From: Antedon mediterranea | Lineage: Eukaryota; Animalia; Echinodermata | NCBI RefSeq assembly: GCF_964355755.1 | Contig: NC_092672.1 | Coordinates: 6,572,001-6,636,000, forward strand | Direction of reading: 5' to 3' | DNA: 64,000 nucleotides | In this document: piece by piece, positions 29,014-39,514 of the stretch | Layout: every line of letters starts with the position of its first letter | How positions within the stretch are numbered: position 1 is the first letter of the stretch | Program-made: the position numbers and the translations under genes | The notes under the pieces: generated by a model | The model's database searches: none | The model's input: the letters and a program-made list of their open reading frames with translations, nothing else | Told to the model about the DNA's origin: nothing

Positions 29014-29460
29014 TTTTATTTTATTTATTTTTTTATTTATTCAATTTCTGCCATATACATACAAAGAAGACAAAACAATTGGAGGCACGGAAAGACCAAA
29101 CAGGTGCTAAACCAGAACCGAGAAAAATAAATAAATTACGTTCTACAATAATAGCATCGACAAGGAAGCGACCAACTACACACATTTTCAATATCAAAAT
29201 TATTTTAAAAATAAATACTGAGATAATTAAGTAATTTGGTTTTAAAAGAACTAACAGAAATATTTAAGTTGCGGATTTCACTGGGTAAGTTATTCCAAAT
29301 TCTGGTAACACGTGGGATATATGATTGAAAAGAAGATTCAGTTCTGCAGCGACGAATATCAAAAAGAGTACCAACAGAAGAGGAGCTACGAGTAACACGT
29401 TGTGGATTACGAATATTAAATAAATTGTCAGTATTAATTATATTAGACTGGTATAGATAT
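29014..29460 (-). mobile_element. 3' fragment of a CR1/L2-type LINE downstream of the Deltex stop codon
   Basis: Translates as ..RCRTESSFQSYIPRVTRIWNNLPSEIR..SVSSFKTKL, a typical LINE ORF2 C-terminus, followed by a short 3' UTR and (TAAA)n/A-rich tail. Confidence 0.75.
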
Positions 29461-30909
29461 ACTGCATGCTTTAAATTACTGTAAATGTCACCATAAATAA
29501 CATAAAATACGAGACCAAACTTAACAGTAAAAGCAACAGCTAAAAGAGAGTTTTGCAATGAATTTATGAACAAAAAGATTTTTAGATATATTTATATGTG
29601 TTATGGTTTTAATTTTTTAATTATTTATCGCAAGTTAGCTAAAATAATTTTTTTAATGTAAAAAAAGAGATCTTGAATTGAAGGGAAGAGTATAATTTGT
29701 TGTTATTAAATGTTTGATTTTATTGTAGAGAAGGTTAAGTGCTGTATTGAGAAAACATTGAACTGCTGAATTTAAATATAGATTTTGATTAATTTGTATT
29801 AGTGGGTGATAAATATTACAAAGATGTTGAAGTTAAAAGGACATTAAATGTTCTGAATGATATAAGAAAGAGAGAGATTATTTATTTAACGAAAGAGAGA
29901 AAATGTAAGCAAATAAAACTTGTAAATATACAAATTTATTTTTTTTGTCGGCTAAAATTAGGTAACTTATTGCTTGCTTGTACTACATGTTTAAAATCAT
30001 GTGTAAATTAAACCTTTTTTTTTTAAACTTATTTTTTTGTAAAATCATTTTAGTCAATATATTGGACAGGATAAATAATGCAACTAAATTAAAATAATTA
30101 AAAAACTGTATATGATTATTTACTCTATTGAATGGCTATAAAAGCATAAAAAAATATATGTGCATCATTAATTTTCTATGTAAGTTGATTTTTATAAATA
30201 TATTTGGTTTACATAATGTCAAATATAATATTTTGTTTAAATCTGGTAACATGCATACACATACAAAAACATGTTTGTTGGTTATCCGCACTTGGTGGAT
30301 ACCCTCCTTGTTATTGTTGGGATCTTTTTTTTTTCGTCAGTGACGAGTTCAAATATAGTTTAAAAACTGTTAGTGTAGCAGACTTTTTTTTTCTAAGTTC
30401 ACAAATTGTAATCATTGTCAATAAATAGTAATGCTGTAGGTCATTTTTTAAACAAAAAAAAATGTAAATGTAAATGTAAGTAAAGTACAATAGAGGTACA
30501 GGCAATTCAATAACTGGTGGCTTTAAATTTCTGTGTGCAAAAAAAAACTTTTTACACCATTTTAAAAATTTATCAAATAATTGATTTATCAATAATTTAT
30601 CAACTGTTAACATGAAGTTTAACATTTTTACTTTGACTTTAAATTTTTAACATTTAAATACTTTTTCGTCCTTTATGTGTGCTTTTGCTTTGTGAAGTAA
30701 TTAGTCAGTAACAACACTGTAAAATATGTTTCACTGCGAATAAAATAAAATGCAATTATTTAACTTAACTTCTGTATTTTACTTATCTCAACACGTACAA
30801 CGAGATTTATGCTTCGGAAAAATACATTCCTCACCGTGAAAAATATTATTCCTTCGCAGAATTTTATGTTACACGGTACACTTTGTGATGCATTTGTTCA
30901 TAAGGTGTT

Positions 30910-31044
30910 AAGCTCTGTCTACAGTACACTATCCAACAAAAAAAGTAATGGTAATGATATGCTTAAAAATGGTAGTGATCATCATGTCCATATATGGGCA
31001 TATCGCATTGTTTTGTCACAAAGTTTGATAGTGTAGACAGACTT
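30910..31044. mobile_element. MITE family A copy
   Basis: AAGCTCTGTCTACA..CACTATC ... GTTTGATAGTGTAGACAGACTTT. Confidence 0.75.
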
Positions 31045-31132
31045 TATACTGTACAGATGATGCATTCATCATTCATGAAAATATACAAATAGTCTTGACT
31101 ATTATTTTAACATTTATTTTTTACAAAATAGT

Positions 31133-31330
31133 AGTGGAGTTGTAGCTTGGTGGTTAACATGCTTGCCTTCCAATCCCAAGGTCCAATCCTGACCTAGTGC
31201 CAGGGTTGTAACTCACGACTCTTTCAACTCCACTCCCTAAGCCTCAAATGAGACTTAGTTTATAAGCATGATAAATTATTAAATAGTTTATCCATCCTGT
31301 AAGTTGCTCGCTGTTGGATGAGGATGAAAG
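31133..31330 (+). mobile_element. Degenerate tRNA-derived SINE (family of 42261-42384)
   Basis: Head GTGGAGTTGTAGCTTGGTGGTTA..ATGCTTG and ACTCCACTCC shared with the 42261 copy. Confidence 0.55.
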
Positions 31331-31862
31331 TGTTTATCTAATACTGATAGAAAGCTTTATATACATATATACAAATACAGTACTGTATGTTCATTTCAGG
31401 ATTATCGCTTTGTGGTTTAGATTTCTTCTCTAAGACGCAAGAGAAACAAAGATTTTGGCTTATAAAACATAAACTTGACACTAGTTTCATTCACAGATGG
31501 TCCAATCGCAAATGTTATAAGATCCTTGAAAATTCCAATCACCAATTGATTTCTGATCTGGCAACTCTGAAGTTGTTGAAAGAGCTGTAGGAAGTCATTT
31601 TATCTCTGTAGCAAACTAATTTTGATAATTCTGAAAAGCTCATGTTGAGAGAGGCATGGTCATATCTCTGTGGCACACTTCTATTGTAAAGGATTAAGTT
31701 CCGGTTCACCGGTTTTAGCAATCATGAAGCTGTATGATGTCATACCTCTGTGATCATAAAGTATCATGATTCTTGCTTCTGATTTTGATATTTCTGAAGA
31801 TACTGTTGAAATAGGTATAGTCATTTTTCTGTGGCACACTCAAATGTTCATCGATTCTTGCT

Positions 31863-34800
31863 TCATTTCTGGTTTTGGTGATTTTGAAGCTGTTGAAGAG
31901 GTGGCACATCATTTCCTTGCTGCATCATCGGTTGAGCAGATCCACTCTGTTGTGGTTGCTGCTGCTGTTGTCTTTGCTGGTGAGCTTCCAGCTGCATCTG
32001 TTGAAGACGGATTCTCTTTCGTGCATAATGCTGCCAGTGCAGTAACTGCTGGTCATCGATGAACTTGGCGCACTGAGAATTAACAAGTTCTTTTCTGAAG
32101 TGTTCATACTGAAGGAGCTCAAGAAAATGTAAACATTGTGGGTATCTGTAGAGCAACAAACGGAAATTTCATATTAATTTCATAAATTTAAATAATTTAT
32201 TTGCCAATTTTTAAACATTTTTGTAGTGAAATATGAATTTCTTTAAATATGAATTTACAAATAAGTTTTTTTGATTTTCAAATAAAAACTATACATGGAT
32301 TTGGGTGTGCTATGCTGTTTGGAATAATTTGTAGACCATGCCTAAAAGTAATATATGGTTTGTGGTACTACAGGCCCGCTTTAGGCCAAGTTATTCACCC
32401 CGGGTCTCATGGGCCACCGACTATAACTAACTTTTGCGGATAGGTCACCAACTTACTGTACCCAGGTAAATAATTAAGCCTGACTGCACTATCATTTCAA
32501 ATGTCAGATTTCAAACACATATTAGTGGGTTGTGGCTGCTTACTTGAGAAACTTGGCGTATTCTGATTTACGCCAATACTGCAAGTACACTAAATAATTG
32601 ATGAATTTAGGATCCTTGAAAAAACCTCGTTGAGCAAGAACTGAAAAAAAAGATAAAACAATTTTAAATACTCTAATTAAAAAAAAACATTAAAAACATT
32701 ATTGGAAAGAATGTGTACAGTTCTAACATTCAACTGTTACTATGTTACACTTCTCTCTCAAGGGCCATATGCATAGCCACTACAGGAGGTTCTCACTCAT
32801 CTACCCAAGACTAGGTTGCTGTTTGAACCACTACACACAAGGAAGTAACACTATTGTAGGCACACTTACAGTTCAGATAATGTGGATTGGCGAGGCACTG
32901 CACAAACTCCAGCTCAACTTGAAATCTTAGGTTTTCATGCTCGACCTCTGTTATGAAAGTAGAGACAATTTTAATACCTTGTCTTCATTCTAGTTTTCAA
33001 AATATATCATACAGTTACACATAAAAGTCGCTCCCTATATAATCAATAATTACCTGCAGTTTTGGCGATACCTCTTGCAAACTTATCAACTGCTCCACCT
33101 CTTAAGAAGGTGCCTCGGCCTTTAAATACAATTATATTATTAGTTAGTATAGGACCTAGTAAATTACCTGATCGACCATTAACTACAATAAAATAAAAAT
33201 ACAAAACAAATAACCAATCTCTAGTAGGCCTAGGGGTGTCAGATGAAATCGGTCGCGTTTGAAATCGGTCGCGATAAAATCAACTTCCGGTATTTTGTAT
33301 GGCGCGCCGCTAGAGCTATACGTTTAATGATATCGGTCGCGTTTGAAATCGGTCGCGCTATTTTGCATGGGACGCACTAGATACATTTTTAATGAAAAAG
33401 ATAATTATGTTTTTAGTTAATTTTGAATATAGAATTTCTAATACTATTAAAATTTTTTTTACCTCGATCGTTATTATTTTTTTAGTACAGTAAATATAAA
33501 TATTTTTCTCATTTTTTATAAATAATTTGTGTTTTCATTTTATCTTACAGGTGTCAATGAATAATTGTAACGTGTTCGTTTAGAAAATCGTTTTAAAAAT
33601 TGTTATTGAATATTGTTTATGTTTTTGAAAAGATTAGCATGCCACTGTTTAAAGTTTTAAAAATGTTGAAATAATTTAATATTAAACAAGTAGACGCGCC
33701 TATTGCGTATTTTTTAATCACAGTTTATTACAAAACTAGTTCTATACCTGCAAATGGATACCAGCTCAATGAGGTTTATGCAATAAAGGAAGATGATGTA
33801 TGACGATGATTTTTACGTTCGATATCCGCCACTCTTACGTGAGCATGGTTTTAGGATAATTAATACTAACTAGATGGCACGCTCGCTTCGCTCGCGTACC
33901 ATCTAGGGGTGCTCACAGATGGTTCTCGAATACAGTAGAATCCACGGACGGGGACTTTTTTGGGACACTAAACAAAAACGGAAGTGTCCCCCTAATTGGG
34001 GTATTCAGAAATAGAGACAACAAAACTAATACTGGATTCCATAAAGGACAATTAATTTATGTGGATTAAAGAAATTAGGGAGAAATGGAAATGTATGTAC
34101 GGGAATTGGGCGGCACGTGGTGGTGGTGATGGAACCGCAGTAATAAAGTTGATTGTATTTATATATTATAAGAACCAAACTAAATAAATAGACCTAGACA
34201 TTCTGCGAAATGGAAATCGGAAATTCAAGCTCCTATTCAGTGAAAAATTAAACTGTAGTCTACCTAAATATTTAGGGCAAATCATCGGTTGTGGTGTTGA
34301 AATTCCTGTAAACATTTGTGTGAACCAAACTGGGTCGAATTTCTGTCATGAGTACTGATTTGTTGGCCTGTGATTTATGACGCCTAAGGGATCTATCTAG
34401 ACTTATTTTTTAGAATAATGTACGTACCTGTCAGATACAATTGTCTTGTGTCGTATAATAAATAAGTACTGTAATAGTTACTGAAGTTACTATTACAATC
34501 TCGTCAATGAAAACACGAAAATGTATATGCACTTACTTATGAAAACGTATACAGTATTATACTCAGTTATTGAAACAGTAGGTTTAAAAAAGTTTCGTTT
34601 GTCTGTAAAATGATGTAATCAAGCTGTTTACATGAGTCTTAATTTATAAGCACATCAATAATAAAATAGTTTATCTATCCTGTAATTGGCGAGATTATGG
34701 TCGCTGTTGAATGAAATAAAGCCAATCGGTATCATATTTGTACAGAAACGTTTTCGCGGCCGAAGGGTGTAACCTAAATTCGTTGTATTATCGTCAAGAA

Positions 34801-37800
34801 CTAACTGTAACTAAACTTACATAGAAAGTAGGGTATCATAAATTTGGCCTTAGCACTCGGGGGAGTGGCTAAGATGAAGTCCGTGGGACTACTAAATATA
34901 AATTGTAATGAACCTCGAGGGACATAAATAGGAATATTTCATGTTTCATTATCAATGTATAATAAATGGAAACTGTTTACCGATTCAAATAATAGAAATT
35001 GGTTTTTAACATTTTCCGAACCTATTGCAAGTTTATTCTCAAAGGGCCCATATATTTACCTACCGTATGTGTTAAACCAAGGGCTCATAAATTTACCTAC
35101 AGTACTTGTGTTAAACCAAACTCTGGCAGACTGAGAGATTGGGATGTTCCATTCATCGCAAATCAATACATTTGTATAATCGTATATTAAATCTATCAAA
35201 ATAGTATTTTTTAAAGAAAATCGGCCTGTCTTCAACATTATGATGGTGTACTCTAGCAATCTATCAAAATAGTATTTTTTAAAGAAAATCGGCCTGTCTT
35301 CAACATTATGATGGTGTACTCTAGCTGTTCAACCGGTTTTCAGCTATTAAAAACAATTATCGTAGGAGGAGATAGGAAAATGCGAAGCCTCCTCGCTATG
35401 TAACATTAGGGTTGAGGGATGGGAAAGCGGATAGGTACAAAGAGGAACAATTTTTAAATATATTCTTTATCCACTGAGTAACGAAATATTTTGTTCATGT
35501 TTTATAGGCCTATAAATAATATACCTCTAAATACAGTAGGCCTAAAACATTTGCGATTTAATACTTTGTTAAAACTGTCACTGTCATAATCGATTGAAAT
35601 ATTAAAGTACATGTCACGATACACCACTACGACGTTTATATTTTTGGTAATTATTAATTAATACAAACGTTGAGAAGGAACTGTCAGTATAAAGTTTATT
35701 TGTATACCTAACAGTAGAGCCTATCCACAGTCTCAGTAATAAAGTTTATTTGTATATATTTTTATATTACATCTAACAGTACGAACATTCACAGTAAGAA
35801 ATGTTCGATTCAAATGAAAAATAGTTAATAGGTATTTACAGTATTGTCAAAGTATTGCAAGTTTATTCTCAAAGGGCCCATATATTTACCTACCGTATGT
35901 GTTAAACCAAGGGCTCATAAATTTACCTACAGTACTTGTGTTAAACCAAACTCTGGCAGACTGAGAGATTGGGATGTTCCATTCATCGCAAATCAATACA
36001 TTTGCATAATCGTATATTAAATCTATCAAAATAGTATTTTTTAAAGAAAATCGGCCTGTCTTCAACATTATGATGGTGTACTCTAGCTGTTCAACCGGTT
36101 TTCAGCTATTAAAAACAATTATCGTAGGAGGAGATAGAAAAATGCGAAGCCTCCTCGCATTTTTTGGCGGGTATTTTTCAAGATGGACATCCATTAGACA
36201 GTGTATACCACGATCGGAAAACACCCCTATTTGGGGCAAATCGTTGAACCTAAATTCGTTTTAATCGTCAATAACTAATTATCTAACTCAATTTAATTAG
36301 TAAACAGGGTTACATCAGGCGGTTAAAATCAGTACCGAAAGTACGAACCAACTTTACATACCATCGAGTAAAAATTCTAGAAGTAAGGCGCGATTTACCG
36401 AATTTTGCCCTTACGTAAATTTATATATAGATAAAATAATATGCCGTTATAAATCAATCTACCGGGCCTATACAGTAGACTATGAAGTATGCTGTACAAT
36501 GATAGGTCTAGATGTGAGAATAATAATGGATGGATACGATTCTCAAAGAGGTAATCTTGCACTGATATTTAAACATTTAGATTTACGAACGGCGTACGGA
36601 TGTGAGACACTGAGGAGTGGTACTTAATTATTTACATTAAGAAAGTGATTATTATAAATGAAGAAATAAAAGATATAAAGATGTATTGTCCCTTGAAACA
36701 CAAAAAAATTAATTAATTATTACTAAATTGAAACTGGCCATATCAAAGTAATATTAAAGTTATTCACTTTAAGTCGAACATTTGAGCAAAAAAAAACAAA
36801 TATTTCGTCTGGAAAATCGTCGTGAGTGAAAGTAAACAAAGATTTCAAACCACGAGTATGCATTATGCATGATGCTAATTAGGATTGTTTACAACTCGTC
36901 ACGGTTGAGAAAGTGTTTTCACACAGATCGCGAGGAAGTTTTATGATAATGCATATGTCAGAGTAGCCAAACAAGCATGTTGCATTATGAAATATGTTTT
37001 GATCGAAAACTTTGAACAAAAAAACGTCTGTATTTCAGTTAAATGATTTTTTTTTGTGACTAATTTTTGGTGAAAGTTAATAACTATTATGATACTTCAA
37101 AATGACCCACTTTTTTTCAAAATCTTTTTAAAAAATTTTTATTTGGAATTACCGTAGTCAAAGGGACAATACATCTTTAACCAAAATAAAAAATATCCAC
37201 ATAAATAATCTGGTTCCTAAAAATATCAATTTAATCTAGACTATTATATAAACGAAAAAATGTATATCCCGCTAGCATGCATCTGATCGCTCCATACAAA
37301 ATAGCGCGACCGATTTTAAACGCGACCGATTTCAAACGTATAGCTCTAACGGCGCGCCATACAAAATACCGGAAGTTGATTTTATCGCGACCGATTTCAA
37401 ACGCGACCGATTTCATCGTAAACCGGCCTATATAGGCTAGGCCTAGGTCCTATATATTAATTATAATTACTAGGCTACAACAAAGCATGATATGTTGAGC
37501 CTACTCTAGCTACAGTAGCTACGAGTACGACTAACTGACGTCTCACTCGATGCTTTACTATTTTAAGGCTGCCTTGCTAGGCCTACTTATTCTAAGCTCG
37601 AGCAGCAGGCCTGGCCGGGGAGAGTCTCTAGTCGGGGTGCGGAAAGAGGCATAATACTAATACTAGGCCTAGCTAGGCTAGTACTATAACTTTATTATGT
37701 GAGAAAGAGACGCCTAGGATAGCTAACTAAGCCTGGCCTAACGATTTAGGACTAACCTAGGCTCAGCTAAGCTAGAGAATAAATGCGTTATCATTATAAC

Positions 37801-37889
37801 ACTAAAATTAGATTAATTATAGAACTTCAAAACTAGAAAGGAATGACTATAAAAATGAAATACGTACCCTGTTCACCGGAGGCCGCCAT
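31863..37889 (-). CDS. MED31: Mediator of RNA polymerase II transcription subunit 31 (SOH1 family)
   Basis: Exons 37868-37889 (MAASGEQ), probable 33054-33119, 32870-32947 (LRFQVELEFVQCLANPHYLN), 32544-32640 (FLAQRGFFKD..YWRKSEYAKFL), 31863-32145 (YPQCLHFLELLQYEHFRKELVN..HWQHYARKR plus Q-rich tail); all GT-AG and phase-consistent. Confidence 0.95.
33870..36431 (-). mobile_element. Non-autonomous canonical Helitron nested in the TIR element
   Basis: Minus strand starts A|TCTATATATAAATTTACGTAAGGG (5'-TC) and ends in hairpin CTAGATGGTACGCGAGCGAAGCGAGCGTGCCATCTAG|T (3'-CTAG); A|T target, no TSD. Confidence 0.85.
35023..36157. repeat. Internal ~305-bp direct duplication within the Helitron (35023-35396 vs 35853-36157); first copy has an extra 68-bp tandem duplication
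   Basis: Near-identical sequence read directly; 35190-35257 repeats as 35258-35325. Confidence 0.9.
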
Positions 37890-39514
37890 TGTTATTTGTT
37901 CTACAATAAGCGAGAGAGGGCGCTAATAAAAAATTATGGTTGATATCCTATTGTTATGCGTTACAAAATTTTAAAAAGGGATGTTGTATATTTTCTATGG
38001 ATTATAGCAATTAGAAACTAATAGTCTTTTCATGCACAATGCAACTTTTAGATAATCGGCTGCATATAGGCCTTATGTATCTTAAAAAATATATTATGTG
38101 TTAGCTCTAATATAACTATTAATGTATACTGGTTGGCATATCAATCTCGATCCTAATATACCGATTTTTGCTTGTGAAGTATCTTTCAATATTCTACTGT
38201 AGGCATAATTATATAATAACTTAATAATTAATTTGTTCATTTTACCAATGAATGGAATAAAAAAAGTTTAACATTTTCAGTATTTATTTAATACAGCTAA
38301 AAGTATTGTAACATTAAAACAACAAGTTCTTCTTTGGGATTTTAAAATTCCAACCTTTTTAAATCCTAAATACAAAAGTATTGACATTATATAACTACAG
38401 TATCACCAATGTTGTCTCTGAAAGACCAGACACTCATTAAACTTTGCTCAGAATACATGGACTCAAGATTGAAATGTACATGAGGAAATAATAAAATTGT
38501 AAAAAGTGTATTAAAAATACAACTTCTAATAATATGGGGACTTTTCTTGATAACACAGTGAAACAAGCTTTTGTTACATACCTACAAATATGAAAGATAA
38601 AAGCACACAAAAGAGCAAAGAAAGAAGCATTTCCTGATTTTCTAAATACCAATGTTGTTTTGTTGAACTGTTTCTCATAATAAAAGATATGTGCAGTGAA
38701 CCTGGTACCTTTTTGCAATACACCTTTATAACAGAAGTTGTAGCAGAATAGCCACACACCAACTGATCGCAAGTAGAAGGTATACACAATAGTTGAATAA
38801 AAATAGTTGAAGGAGGCCAGAAGGTACATTGACTAACACACATCAGACAGGAACACAAGTAGAAGGTTCGCCTAAATATTGCAGTCAACATTTCCAATGT
38901 AAGTAATATAACTTTTGATACATTGGTTCCGATACAATTTTGTATTATAGCACACCTACTGTATGCATATCTTTGCCGTTTGATTGGTTGATTTTGTATT
39001 CGTCACGTGCCATGTATTATTTTCTCCAATTTTAACGATTGTAGATACTTGTACTCTAATAATACTTTTGTTCGACAGAGTAAGTTGGTTAATGCGTGAA
39101 ATTGAATACAAGTTTAGATGTACAAATAGCCTAATGAATGTTTTTTAGTTGTGAGTCTCTGAATGACCTAAGCTTCATTCCGCCTCGATATTTCAAATCA
39201 TGAAAATTTTCCTTATCCAACTCAAACACTAAACATTCTTTATTTGTACTGTATATAGTTGTTGATCTATGCATTATTATCGTGTATTTAGTTTGTTTCT
39301 GTAAATTAACAGGGCGCCCTGTGTACATGCCCTTTTATTTATGTCTGTTTCTCTTTCTTTTAGGGAACTATTTTCTTTCTCAAACATTCATATTTTAAAA
39401 CACCTTAAATGTGTTGGTCACGCATCATAAACCCCTTTTCATTGTATTTGAAATTATCTTACATATTACACCGAAAGAAAAAAAAAACATAAAACAATGT
39501 ATTCTATTCCACAG

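Larger units (their letters stand above)
33235..37424. mobile_element. Non-autonomous DNA transposon with ~140-bp TIRs (Mutator/foldback-like, superfamily uncertain) in MED31 intron 1
   Basis: GATGAAATCGGTCGCGTTTGAAATCGGTCGCGATAAAATCAACTTCCGGTATTTTGTATGGCGCGCCG at 33242 is mirrored near-perfectly at ~37350-37418; ATCGGTCGCG motif four times per end; no clean TSD (GGCCTA near both ends). Confidence 0.85.

Noticed and set aside
31845-31865. Stop-codon readthrough of MED31 into the downstream repeats
   Set aside because: A second in-frame TGA follows after four codons.
35056-36264. Duplicated short ORFs inside the Helitron
   Set aside because: Products of the internal duplication; no Rep/helicase or recognisable captured-gene similarity.
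39497-39514. ORF-track start MYSIPQ for TRIM copy 1
   Set aside because: Reads through a splice acceptor; the conserved ATG in copies 1 and 2 follows the AG.
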